From the human T2T-CHM13v2.0 reference genome, Homo sapiens: a stretch of DNA of 64,000 nt. Each line of letters begins with the position of its first letter. Position 1 is the stretch's first letter. A program made the translations under genes and the position numbers. The notes beneath the pieces were generated by a model. The model worked only from the letters and a program-made list of their open reading frames with translations. It made no database searches and was not told where the DNA came from. Of this stretch, positions 18,180 through 36,990 are shown piece after piece. The stretch lies in the NCBI RefSeq assembly GCF_009914755.1, contig NC_060929.1; one strand, 5' to 3'.

Positions 18180-20360
18180 CATTTTTTGTTCCCAACTTTT
18201 TATTTTGAAACAGCTTCTTATTTTGAAACAGAAAAGCTGCAAGAATAAGAATGGTTAGAAGAATTTTCAAATACCCTTTCTTCAAATGTAATATTTTGCC
18301 CTATTTGCTATATGTATGCATATGTATGTGTGTATGTATGCATATATGTATATTTGCATATATGTATTTTAATATGCATGTATGTATATTTTATATATCC
18401 ATCACATATAAATATAAAATTTAATTTTCTTTTACAAATTATTTGAGAATAAGTGGCATACGCTATATTCCTTTCGTAAATATTTCACTGCATAATTCCT
18501 AAGACTAAGGATGTTCTTTTTTTTTTTTTTTTGAGACTGTTTTGTTTTCTGTCACTCAGGCTGAAATGTAGTGGCATGAGCATGGCCCACTGTAGCCTGA
18601 ATTTCCCAGGCCCAAGTGATCTTCCTGCCTCAACCTCCTGAGTAGCTTGGGCCACAGGCATGGGACACCACACCTAGCTAATTTTTAAATTTTTAGTAGA
18701 GATAAGGTCTCACCATGTTGCCCAGGCCGGTCTTGAATTCCTGGACTCAAGCCATCCACCCACCTTGGCCTCCCAGTGTTGGGATTACAGATGTGAGCCA
18801 CCACATCTGGCAGGATATTCTCTTAAAAAGCCTTAACAGTTGTCAACTACTCTAAATTCAATATTGATATGCTACTTTTATTTCATTTATAATCTAAATT
18901 TTATTTTTGTCAGTTAATCAAATGAGGTCCTTTATAGTATTTGTATTCCTCCCTCTAATCTAAGATGCCATCTAGGATAAGATATTGCATTTAGTTGTCA
19001 TGTCTCTTTGGTTGTCTATTAATATGGAACATTTTTAGTCTTTGTATTTTATGATATTGACACTTTTGAATATAGTCTCTTTTAATAAAATTGGCGCTTT
19101 CTTATTTGGGGTTTTGTGATGGTCTCTCATGATTAGATTGATGATGAGCTTCAAGGTAGGCACTTTCAGCCGGAATATTATATAGGTGATGAGTTCTTCT
19201 CAAGGTACCACATCTGCACACTCACTCACAATGTCTGTCTGCCCCTCGTTGGTGATGCTAACTTTGATCATCTGCTTGAAGTGTTGTCTGATTTGTTTAC
19301 CATATAGTCACTGTTTTTTTCTTTTTACAACCTCAACCAATATGCAGTCTGTTGGAGGATACTGAAGGTCATGCTAATAGCCTGCTCCTCATCACCATTT
19401 CTCCCCAGATTTAGCATCCGTTGATGATTCTTGCCAGATCCAAACTTTATTGTGATGGTTGCAAAATGATGATTTTCTAGCTGTAACATTTCTTCCATGT
19501 GTACCAGTGGGCTTGGCATTCTGCTGTAAGGTAGAGTTCTCCCTTCTCTCTTACGTATTTGTTTACCCATTTATTATGGACTCAGGGGTTCTGATTTTTC
19601 AATGGTCTGTAATGTTACTATCCTTAATTATTGTGGTGCTCAAATTGTCCGATTTTTGGCCAGTGGGCCCCCACTTCCCATGTCCTTAGGGGATGTCCTC
19701 ATCATTTTTTTTTTGGAGAACCTCTTTCCTTTTTGGCATTAAAAAATGTTCCAGGCCCATCTTGTATCTGCCCTGCCTTCACTCTGGAGTCAGCTGTTTC
19801 TCTGAGGAGCCCTGCTATTTCCTTCTTTTCATAGGAAATATTATCATACACCAGGATCTGCATGCTAGCACACTCATTGCTACTGGGTCTCATTGCTTTT
19901 ACCTACTATATTCTATTTAATGACTTCCTGGCATTTCATAGAATAGCTGTGCAACTGTTTATTTATCCATTGCTCTATTAATGGATGCTTAAGTTGTTTC
20001 CAATTTGTCCCTATTTCAAGCAACTCTCAGTGAACATTTGGTTATACACTCTTTGTGTATTTATGCTAGGAGTATCTATCTCTCCAAAGATAGCTGATGA
20101 GAAGTGGAATTTCTTGATCATAAGATGTATATGTTTAAAATTTTACTTGATAGTGTCAATTTCTTCTCCACAGTGGCCCCACCAATTTAGATCACAGCAA
20201 GTAGGACATGAGAGTCCTCATCTTTCCAGACACTTTCTGATGCTGAGTATTACAAACATTTTGTTTTTACACAACCCCAGGGGTGAAAAATGTGGGCTGA
20301 TTGGCCTCATGTTCATTTTCCACATTGTAAGAGAGGGTGAGGATCTCTTCCTGTGTTTAT
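18180..20360 (-). mobile_element. Ancient L1M (L1MC/ME-like) fragments, interrupted by an Alu
   Basis: AT-rich degenerate L1 3'-region motifs (cattgcatttagttgtcatgtctct; gatggatgcttaagttgtttccaa). Confidence 0.55.
18516..18811 (-). mobile_element. AluJ
   Basis: Full dimer; TSD aggatgttct / aggatattct. Confidence 0.88.
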
Positions 20361-21611
20361 TGCCCCTTTGTCTTCTTGCTGGTGGGAGGAGAGGAAGCTT
20401 TGTGAGGGTCGGAACGGTAGAGCCAGACCTCACTAGATGGGTAGGCTTTTAGGAAGTAGGCAAGGAGGGAGGCTATTTCAGATGTAGGAAATGACAGAGC
20501 CAACCACCAGGCAGTGAAGGCCAAGTAGCTGTAGGTTTTGGATCCCCCACTTTCCCGGGGTGAGGCCTGCTATTTTGTCCTGGTGCCATTGCTTTCACAG
20601 TCTTCTCTATGACAAGCTTTGCAAGAGGCCTCCAGGAATGGGAGAACTACTCCCTGGGCCTCCATGTAAAGTAATACAAGAATTCACACCCATCTTCCTT
20701 GTCTGAGAGAGATTAAATTGTGGGCTGAGATAGTCAAATGTTTTTCTTAAGGCAGTGAAAGCAACTGTGTTCACCAAAAATTGGATCAAGTGAGGGTGCA
20801 GCCAATGAAGGAAAGAGTACAGAATAAATGACCTGTGGTGGGACAGGGACTGATGTGGTCAATGACATGAAACAGACAAAACCTCACCCACAAGTGATAG
20901 ATGGAAACCCAACACAATATGGGCTGTAGCGATCAGGACCATACGAGAGGCTAGCTCTTCATTTTGGCTAAATTGTCAGAGGCTTGGAGGAAAAGCAAGG
21001 TGGCATGGCAGAAAGGACAATAGAGGTGGCTCCAGGGTCTTGATGAGGTTTTGCCAAGAGACAGGTGCAGACAATTTACTAAGCTATAGGCAAGGCTTTC
21101 TTTCATAGCAAAAATGCCTTTGTGGGAAGAAAGAACAAGAAGAAGGGGATTAATTTAGAACACGAGGGATTTAGGTCAGAGATTTGAACTGACTGAGGTA
21201 ATCCAAACCAGTGATTTGTCAGGGAGTTTGTGGAATGTCCTTCTCTTCTTTGAAAAAGGCGTAGGTTCTTTTCTGCTGGAATGAACTGGAGGAGTCCTGT
21301 ATAAAAGACCCTCCAGGCTTGGATTCTCTGCCAAGGCAGGGCCTCCGTGGGTTGACTGCAGATGTAGCTGTTCTTGGCAGACCTGACTTGCCGCTCACAA
21401 GTTCACGTGCTTTCTCTGTCAAAGAAGGTTGGGGAGCCTCGCCAGCAGGACTCGAACCTCTCACAGGATAAATGGCCTTTGGGGCTGCAGGCATATCTGG
21501 GAAAATGGTAAAGGTGTTTTTTTTTTCTTTCTTTCTAATTGTTATCTCAACTTAATTTTCATACCAATACCATAGTGAACAATGATTATATATCATCATC
21601 CTAATTTTCCT

Positions 21612-21914
21612 CTTTTTTTATTCTTTTTTTAAAATTCAGAGTCTTGGTCTGTCACCCAGGCTGGAGTGCAATAGTGCCATCTTGGCTCACTGCAACATCC
21701 ACCTCCTGGGTTCAAGTGATTCTTGTGCCTCAGCCTTTTGAGTAGCTGGGATTACAGGCGCACCCCACCACACCTGGCTAATTTTTGTATTTCTAGTAGA
21801 GACAGGGTTTCACCATGTTGGCCAGGCTGGTCTCGAACTCCTGACCTCAAGTGATTCGCCCGCCTCATCCTCCCAATGTGCTGGGATTACAGGCGTGAGC
21901 CACTGTGCCTGGCC
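21612..21914 (-). mobile_element. AluS
   Basis: Full dimer. Confidence 0.9.
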
Positions 21915-23992
21915 CTTTTTTTAACCTTTCAATATGAGAACATTTAAATTTGCAAAGTTGAAAGTCTAATACAATGACTACTGTGCCACTCACCACCTAG
22001 ATTCAACATTTTTCTTCTATATCTTTTATCTCAATATACATTTGTGTATGTGTGTGCGTTGCATATACAAGTATGTATATCTAACTAAATATCTATGTTT
22101 TTTCCTTTTGCAACTTGCAAACATTATGACATACTTTACCCCTTCAGGAGACAGAAACCATACCTGTTATTTGAATGGAAATAATTTACTATAATGATTT
22201 GTTAATTAGGTATAAAGTTATTAACTACATAACTGAAATAGAAAAAGAGAATGCCTTAGATTCCTTAGAATTACAGAGGAAGCAATTTTTATGAAGTAGC
22301 TACCATCCCTAGGGCTGAGGAGGGACCCTATGTTGCTGAAAGTCTGATCCTTGAGACTGAGCAGCTGTTAGTCTGGTGCTGGTCTCTGATCTGTGGGGCT
22401 GGGCCCCAGACCTCTTGAGAAAGGGGCTTAATTCAGTGGCTGCTACAGGAATGAAGTGCCTCTGCCAGGGTGAAGCACTGTCAGGTGACAGAACACAAAC
22501 AAACAAGAAGTAGGAAGAAGCAAACCCTTTCCTCCCCTTTAGCCTTGCAGCCTCTCTCTAGCTCCCACTTTTGGCAGAGCCTATCACATGGTTTGCAGAG
22601 TCCTGGACCCAGCATCACAAGGTCAAGTATAGAAAGGCAAACTTGGAGCAGAAAGATAATATTTTAATAACTGTCATGAACCATAAATTCTTTGGTATGT
22701 GTCTCCTAAATTAAGAATATACTCCTACATATAGACAATAATAGTCTCATGCCTAAGAAACAGCGATTTCCTAATATCAAATACCCAGTCCGTGTTGCAG
22801 TATCTCTAATTATCCTCCAAGTGTTTTGTTATGGCTGAGATTTTAGTGTTTTAGGATGTGAAACCACTCATGTTTCCTGCATTGCATTTACCTGACATAC
22901 CTCTTCAGTCTCTTTTGTTTTAGAACAGTCTTCTACTCCCTCCCCTTTTAAATACTGATGATGAAAGGCTGGGCCAGTCGAGTTGTCCAAAGTCCTATGG
23001 TCTGAGTATCTGAGTGTTTCTTCATGGTGTTGCTTTATCTGTTCCTCTATTCTCAGTATTTCCTGTAACCTAGAGGTTAAGTCTTGATCAGATTGAGTAA
23101 GTTCATTTATTTTTTTGTCAAGAATTCTTCATAGGTGGTGGTACACACTTCATTGCAATGTATATATTAGCATATAAATTATATTATCATATTTGAATAT
23201 ATTTATTAACTTCAGATATACTTTTGTACCCCTGGGAACAAAAGCCAAACAATTCTTATGGAAAGAGAGGGAAGAACATCAGTTTTCACTGTAACAGGTG
23301 TTGCCAGTTAGTTCTGATAGAACTTGCCCTGGTCCCCAAGCACTGAGCCCTGCCCTGCTGTCCTCGTGCATCATCTGGAGATGTTCTGTACTATGTACGG
23401 GAACCTCTGCTCATGTAGACTGTGTTTTGTCCCCCTGAGTATCCTGTTTTACAATCCTCCAGGTCTCCCACTTGCTCTGCAACCTACACTGTGGCTTGGC
23501 TCTCCACTGCCTTGCCCCTGAGTGTTTTGCTGCAGAGCCAGTGTGATGAGAATGGTCTGTTGGTGAAGGGGGAGTTTTCTCTTCTTTTCTTATCCCTGGT
23601 TGTCATTTTTGTGATTTCTTTCTGGAGCTGCCTTGTAAAACCTTGCCCTGTGTCATATTTTCACCCCATCTATAATCATACCTTTCTCACCTGAGACTCT
23701 GGTCTGTCTCAGCATCACTGATGTGTTCTCTGCTTTGCTGTTCAACACCTTGGATCTTAGCCATCCTGACTTCCCTTTGGGATCACTGAGCAAAGCCCTC
23801 GTTGATGATGTTGGATCCTACTTCTGGGTTTTATTTTCATCATCAAATCCATTTCACCTTCTCATGGGCATGAATAGAAGGGTCAGGCAAGCTCAGCTCT
23901 GAGCCCAAGTAGCAGAAGAGTTGTCAGTTTAGTTTCTTACCTTAGATGTCTGCAGGGGTCCAACAGGTTTAGGGAAGTTGAGGACGACCAGA

Positions 23993-24650
<658 letters not shown>

Positions 24651-24759
24651 TACTTCAGATATGTGAAAATCAGCAGCTCGAGTTCAAGAAGAAATAGCAA
24701 CTGACCCCCAGTTTCTGTGTGATGGGGAGCCCATGAAAAAAAATACTATAAATTCTTTG

Positions 24760-25170
24760 CAGCTCTTCCTATCAAGAGGTGATGTCTGTTTCCCCAGACT
24801 TTGAACTGGACTGATCTTTTATCTTCCTTTATCCAATAGAACATTAATGAAAGAAAGGTAAGCAGAGGCTCAAAAAGTGCCTGCCTATTGGGGCTTTCCC
24901 CTCTCCTGATGATGGAAGAGCCCACGTGAAGGAGCTGAGCTGGCTGCTGGACAGGCCACATGGAGGAGAATCGAGGCATTCCACCAGCAGCCTGTCAGCC
25001 TCTGGCTGCAGCAAGTAGTATGAGTGAGGCTCGGCAAAACTGGCTGAAGAAATGCTCAGCAGAACCCAGCCCGAATTGCTGACACCCAGAATTGCAGCTA
25101 ATGTATTATCATTGTTTTAAGCCACTAAGATTTGGGGTGGTTTCTTACACAGCAAAGGCTCACTGGTACA
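24760..25170 (+). mobile_element. MLT1 LTR
   Basis: cccagccgaattgctgac...ttgttttaagccactaagatttggggtggtttcttacacagca. Confidence 0.65.
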
Positions 25171-27771
25171 TGCTCCATCTGAAGCGGGCAGCTCCCACCC
25201 AGTGGCAGCCTAGAGATGCCATGCTGGAATATGGCCCCATGTCACCATGTCTTCCAGTTCTTTTCAAGACAAGAGACAATTCAAGATAATTTTTATGTGA
25301 TGCATTCTAACTTTAAATGATAGTACTAAAATTAAAAAATTTAAAAACATTCTAGAGGTCCAAAGAAACAACTGGGGGCTGGATTCCATCTCCCTCAGAC
25401 CATCCCTCTTCTTGCTACTGGGTCCAGTGTTTGCCCCGATTATTCTCCCTGATCCAGAAAAGTGGACTTTGGGGGATGGGGGTGGGGGACACATGAGCAA
25501 GCAGCAGCCTCTAGAAACTGCCAGCAGAGGGCTGGACGAGGACCCAAGGCTTCATCGGCTGTGGAGCACTGAGTCACTGATGGACATGGTGACTCGATGG
25601 GAATGCTTCTAAAAATGTCTTTCAGGAGGGATTTTTTTCTTTTCAGACAAAATACCACCTCCTCTCAGCTTCTCCCCAGTATAGCTCATTCCTCTACAGG
25701 GCAAATCATAAATACTGTACTCCCCCCATATCTGTCTCCCTCATTAGATTTGGGGGAGCTCCCGGAGAGCCTCATGGGGAACTTGTTTACTTTTCCATCC
25801 TGATGCCCTGACTGGTGACCTGGCAGATGCCTGGAATGTTCTTTTGCTCCCCCTCTCCTTGTCCTCTCTGACAGTTCTCGACATAAGGCAGGCTGTGTGT
25901 CACAGTCCCAGTCACCTTTCTTTGGAACCCTACATCAGAGTCAGTCACTGGGCACAAATGTTCATCTAGCTAAGGAATTCGAGAAAATGGAATTTTCTCA
26001 CATTTTTTGTCAACTTATGGAAAATCAGCTAACGAACCAAAAAAAAAAAATTTCCAAAACCAAACGCAAAGGTCCCCCACATGTTCAGTGTGTCAGAGGC
26101 AAGCTCTAAAGAGGGGGTGTCAGGCCAGCTCTCTGGCCTAGGGACAGCAACACTTGCCTCTGCAGAGCCTCTGAGCTGTGACAGGCACAGGGCAGTGTGA
26201 TATAGGCCTCTGGAGCCAGATGATTGCGAGCTGGGAGTGCGAGGTTTTATTGGGCCTTTGCAACCCGGGCCAGCCTGCACATCTGGATGATTATGGAAGA
26301 ATAATCCACAAACTCGTGTCTTGTCTCCATAACACTCTGTATTCCCATTGAGGCAACGAGTGCCAACATGCTTTTTCCATTTTCATTCACATCTTTGATC
26401 CCTCACAGTCTAAGACTTGGCATGGATGGGCAGGCCAGGAAAACGTTGAGCAAATGCTGTCAGGCACCCTCAGGGAGGCCTGAGGAGGAACAAATGTGCC
26501 CGGCAGGGCTACCTCTTGGCTCTGCCTGGAAGTTCCTCCCAGCAATGGCTCTCTGTCCCCAGTGGCTGGAGAGATGGCCGTGTCTTGGCAGGCGCTGGGC
26601 CTGGAGCTGGGTGGGAGGCGCGTGGTTTTCCTCTCTCCACTAGGGGGTGGGGGAGTTTGGATGTTGGCACAAGGCTGCCTGCTTGCATTAGAACTCAGCC
26701 GGCAAGGAAAGCAGGCGGCTCAAAGACTGGGTCAGCCTCAGGGACTGGATGGGGATGGAGCTTTCAGAGGAGTGGCCCATTGGAGGCAGTCTGGATGGGC
26801 ATTTGGGTCTGGCCCAGTTTGGTCCAAGGCGGGCCAGGGAAGGCAGCTACTCTAGCCGGGACCCCTAGCAGTCCTGACCTCTAGACCCATCTGCAGGCCA
26901 TCTTCCCTCAGTGACAGCTCTGTTCCTTGTCATAGGCCAGCCGGAAAAGGTGGCTGGGCACTGGTTGGAGGCCAGAGGGATGGACTTCCTCTTGTACCAC
27001 ACCGCGACATGGGGCTTGAGGCTTTCTTTCCCGCGGCAGGCAGGGGAGGGGGGCACCAGGAAGTAGGGTGACCTCTGTGCTATTCCCCAGCCTCCTTGCC
27101 GCCTGAATGTCCTGCATTAGGAATGTTATTCCTTTGAGTAAAAGTGTGCATGCTGCCCTGGGATCTCCTTTAAAAATGCTCTCTGAGAGAAGAACATTAC
27201 GAAAGGGCTGTCATAGTTGCCTTCGTGGATGCATTGATCACACCGCCTGTTTCCCCTGGGCCTTTTGCTTGAATTGGAGGCCAGAGAGAAAGGCTCAAGA
27301 AATGCAAAGCACAAGAAATGTTTGGAGGTCTGGGGCCAGCGGTGAAGGGGACAATTGAGGCCTCTTGGCAGTTTTCTGTGGAGGGAAAAGTGGAGTAGAA
27401 AGAGTATTTCTAGAATGAAAGAGGGAGCTGAAGAGGGAGGGGACAGGGACATTGAAAAAAGATCCTATAATTTAATCTCTTACTGTTTTTCCGCCTGAGC
27501 TCCTTGAATTCTGAGCCGAATTGTTAGTCTGTCACTCTTCCCAACTTCCTTGTCATTTACTGAGGGATTGAGAGAAGGATGCAAACTTAAGTTAATCTTA
27601 ACTTTCTGAGTCTTGATTTTCCTGCTGGGGAAATGGAGAGAACCATTAAATGAGGTTATGAAGGGAAGGAAGCAAGCACGGGGTCTGTCAGGAACTTCTG
27701 GTTTCTCAACACCATAAAAGAAGATCTAGAGTGTCTTCCTTTACCCGGATGTGGAATAGTACTAAAAATAA

Positions 27772-28236
<465 letters not shown>

Positions 28237-30453
28237 GGCTCCAACTTTTTTATTTAGAGGCTGGGTGGGACCCATGAATGCCCAGGCTATAAGCACACAA
28301 GAAATTTTTTGAAAAGCTAAAATAGTCAAGCTATATACAAATACCACTTTTGATGATTTACGCTCAAACAAATAATTTGAGGAAGCCACAATCTACCAAA
28401 AGTATAAAAAGCAAACCACACAGAAATGCAAAATGTTCCTCCATGGGACAAACAGGATGTTTGCTTTCCTATGTGCAGTTAGGCCTTACCATTCTGTGGG
28501 CTGGATGCTCTTCCCAGCTCCAACTTTATGAAGTGAAAGAAGGGCCAAAACACCTATGGATCTATTCCTACATTATTTAAGACACCTTATAGAGAACAAG
28601 GAAAACAACAGGACAACCTGCGTAAATAAGATGTCAGGGCAAAGAAGTACAAGGGTAAGAAAATAAGAAAAAGCCAGAGGTAGAGTTGTGCACAGATATT
28701 TGAACCCTCAAGTCCTGCCCAGTATATAAAGGTAAACTACAAGTTTGGTTGTGAGCTTACTGGTGGCCAAAGCAAAGAGGGAAATATGATCTACAAAAGG
28801 ACTCATGCTGTCCATCAACTTAACACAAGCCAGCTCACTTAGGAGAAGCACAATTCCTACTGGAACCAAGGCTGGAGAGATTTCTATGCCGGGTTTTCCT
28901 GGAGGAAACTGTGTGTGATGAAGTCAAATACTTCCTCACCATAGCTCCACAATACATGGGGCAATGAATTTCATATGCCTTACAAAAAAAAATCTCTTAA
29001 TGGAAGCAGGTCCCTCCAATAAAACAACTGTACAAGGACCCCAGACACTCTGGCCCAAACATTCAGCTTTTTCATGATTGGATTTTGCCCAAAGGTAAAA
29101 TTTGGACAGTGTGAAACAGTAACTTGCAAGGGAGTCCTGTGGGATAAGAATATGTGCGATGTGAAGAAAAGACCAAACAAAGGTAGGCAGGATTTTTTTA
29201 AAAACTGCAAGCCTTCTTAGAATCTGTCATGTGTGAATGCATTCATGTTTCTGTGATTTACTGCCTTTCCAAAGCCTACATGACTGAACAATCCTGTGTG
29301 TGTCTGTAGCATCTTGGGAGCCCAGTGGAGATGGGGGTCTAAAAGCAAGGAAAGGACCCACAAATCCAAAGCTAGAGCCACACAGTCTTGTTCCCTAACG
29401 ACATCCTTACCTCAAGCTTGTCTTTGAAAGGAATGCTGGTGAGTGTCACCTTAGAGAGTACTCAACTGATGCAATGGTTTCTGTATTGGTTATAACTTTC
29501 CTAGGACATACAAATGAATAAGATAGATAAATTTAGAACTACTTTAAGAATAAGCATTCAATGAGGCCCCACCTAAAATGGTCTTGCATATGTTCAGTGG
29601 CAAACCTGCCTACCACACTTGGGAAACCGCCTTCTAGATGGAGGTGTGGACTTTACCTGTCCTTCCCCTAAGCCTCTGTGGATTTAGGGTCTCATCTCTG
29701 AGACATGATAAGGATTGGGCAGAGGAGAAGTCAGTGACTGTATTCTATGGCCCAGGCCATGGATTACCATGGTTTTGGGCATGGCATGACCATGTTATGG
29801 ATCAGTTAAGGGCTAATCCATCCACTCGGGCCTTCCATGGAGTGCCTAATGGAAGAAGTTCAGGGAAAGAACCTGATGTTGCTTGACCTGGCTAGATATG
29901 AGATAGAAAAAAAAGAACATTATTCCCAATGTCTTAAACTTCCCAGTGGGTCCATTTCTTTTTTTCTTCTCTGTTTACATTTATTTTTTGTCTTCTTGAG
30001 GGGTGATTTCCAGATGGGATCCTTCAGGTTGCATGAGAATGAATCAGGTTCATAGCCTATCATATCTCCAGCATTTCCACCCGTTTTGTGGCCAAATGTT
30101 TGGAAATGTTTGCTTTCTAAAGACAGCTGTTCATTTATCTTTTTCTTCCACAAACATATAGTCAATGCTGACCATATGCAAAAAAGGAGTGAGCCAGTGC
30201 ACACAAAGATATACAAAAGTCATTTAGAAGTTACATAAATCTCGGTATAAATAATAGAAACTAGATTTCCAGCCAAAAATGGAAAACATCATGTATTTGA
30301 CAAAGAACATTTATACAACAAATCTGATTCTTTTAGTATAGTGATTTTTAAACAATTTACACTCAATGGTTGTTGCTTACCAAGCCAGGTAATTAAATAT
30401 ATCCTGATAGGACAAAGTGATGTAGGCGAGCTTTTGTCTTTCTGATGCCTGTC

Positions 30454-30756
<303 letters not shown>

Positions 30757-31679
30757 TGATGTCTGTCTTATATTCAGTTCTCTCACGTGCTCTGGTCATA
30801 AAACCTTGCCCTGTGTTTTCCTTTATACCATTCCTTAGGACTAAAACCCCTCGTACCCTGGCATAGTCATTCAGCAAACATTGATTGCCTGTAGTGTCTC
30901 AGCATCTTCACAGTGTTCAGCACCTTTGCACTGGACACATTTTCATCTGATCTCTAGGGGTCTTCTGGAACCCACCTCTTGCACAAAAACTTACCCTGGG
31001 GAGCTTTTCTATTTAGCTTTTTGCCAAGCAGGCCACTAAAAGAAAACAGAACATCCCCTTCCTTGAGATTTATGGTTAAGAAAAGTTTAGTTGCGATCAT
31101 TTCCAACTGTGCTTATCTGTGTCTGAACAGTCTATGATTTGGTTGGTAGGAAATGTGCAAAAAGTGGGAAAATATTCTCCATGGTGGTTAAAAGCTAGTG
31201 GAGATAAATTAAAATCCCATTATTAAGTTAAAATATGGCATTAGAAATGAAATTTTATTTACTTATTAGGTCAAAGATCAAGAGGAACTATTGTCTGGAT
31301 CCTGGGGAAGATCAGTAATGCAATCATAGGAAATTTGGTTGTAATTCCGTTGTGTGGACAATCATTCGATGACAATAGAAATTCACATATAGGTGAAAAC
31401 ATTCTTTCTACCTTGCCTGAAGGACTTGAATGAAACAAGGAGACCCTTTCCAGCACATTGATGTGTCTCACAAGCAATAATTAATGAATCTGCCAATCAT
31501 TTTTCACTATTTCTGGAGGTTAGCACTGGCTTGAGAGACTATCTCTAGAGACAGAGAAGAGGTATTAGTGGAATAATTCATTAATGTCCTGTTTACACTG
31601 TTCTCATTGTCCAGTTTTCCCCTTCAGTGAGATGTGTTGTCCTAAAAGTTTCAGTCCTGTGGCCTACATGTTTTGTGCT

Positions 31680-31778
31680 GGACTCCATGAGATAGAAAAT
31701 ACTTCTGGTTATGGGTCAAAGAGGTGTTGGACTCCACTGAGAGAGAAGATACTTCTGGTTAAGGGTCAAAGAGATGTT
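31680..31778. repeat. Two-copy ~50-bp tandem repeat
   Basis: ggactcca(c)tgaga.agaa.atacttctggtta.gggtcaaagag.tgtt occurs twice. Confidence 0.85.
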
Positions 31779-31879
31779 GTGAGAGAAACTTAGTGAAAGC
31801 ACTGACAACATTATTCAGCCAGTGTTTACTGAGCACCTACTATGTGCCAGGTGTGCATACACATGTGTGCATGTTTTCT

Positions 31880-32313
31880 TTTTTTTTCTTTTTTTCTTTT
31901 ATTATTATTTTACTTTAAGTTTTAGGGTACATGTGCACAATGTGCAGGTTAGTTGCATATGTATACATGTGCCATGCTGGTGTGCTGCACCCATTAACTC
32001 GTCATTTAGCATTAGGTATATCTCCTAATGCTATCCCTCCCCGCTCCCCCCACCCCACAACAGTCCCCAGAGTGTGATGTTCCCCTTCCTGTGTCCATGT
32101 GTTCTCATTGTTCAATTCCCACCTATGAGTGAGAACATGTGGTGTTTGGTTTTTTGTCCTTGCAATAGTTTACGGAGAATGATGATTTCCAATTTCATCC
32201 ATGTCCCTACAAAGGACATGAACTCATCATTTTTTATGGCTGCATAGTATTCCATGGTGTATATGTGCCACATTTTCTTAATCCAGTCTATCATTGTTGG
32301 ACATTTGGGTTGG
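31880..32313 (-). mobile_element. 5'-truncated L1PA (about L1PA2-4) 3' end
   Basis: ORF2 C-terminus (MIDWIKKMW...SLIGGN) plus 3'UTR with older GAG diagnostic (aactcgtcatt) and poly(A). 17-bp TSD at 31863-31879 and 32314-32330. Confidence 0.9.
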
Positions 32314-33099
32314 ATGTGTGTGTGTTTTCTAGCACCAGAAGAGTTACACCAGGCACTGAGGATCTATAATTCTCCCTCTTTGCTGTTTTATCTCCTTCCT
32401 TAGCATTGCACCTCAGTATTTTGCAGCTTGCAAATAGCATTTGCTCTTCAAGACTATCCTTTTCCTTCTTTGGAAATCTAAATTTCACACTGCCACAAAG
32501 CAATGTCATTGGATAACCAAACTATCCTGTAAAATCTGGCTTCAGCCATTCCACCTTGAGTTTTGACAATACATTATTTTTTTTTCTAGAAAAATAAGGG
32601 AGCAAGCTTATTTTCTTATTTTCTGTGGGTAAGAGTAGGTTATGATTTTAGAATGTTGTCCTGGTCCAACGAGTTTTGCAATGCAATTACCTCATCTGTA
32701 TGAACTCAGATCCTGTGGTCTTACAAAAAGAGGCATAAAGATTAATTGGAGGGGTTATTTGGAACAATTGATACTACTTTATCTTATTTGATATGTCCTT
32801 GGTTCTTAACTTGTTGATTTAAAGATGTTTGTTTCCTAATTGATTATTTGAAAATGATTCTTAGATGCATTTCTTTTTCTTTTTTTTTTTTTTTATTATA
32901 CTCTAAGTTTTAGGGTACATGTGCACATTGTGCAGGTTAGTTACATATGTATACATGTGCCATGCTGGTGCGCTGCACCCACTAATGTGTCATCTAGCAT
33001 TAGGTATATCTCCCAATGCTATCCCTCCCCACTCCCCCGACCCCACCACAGTCCCCAGAGTGTGATATTCCCCTTCCTGTGTCCATGTGATCTCATTGT

Positions 33100-36951
<3,852 letters not shown>

Positions 36952-36990
36952 TCATTAGTTGATGCAGTTTCTTCCTAGTCTCGATGGTCT

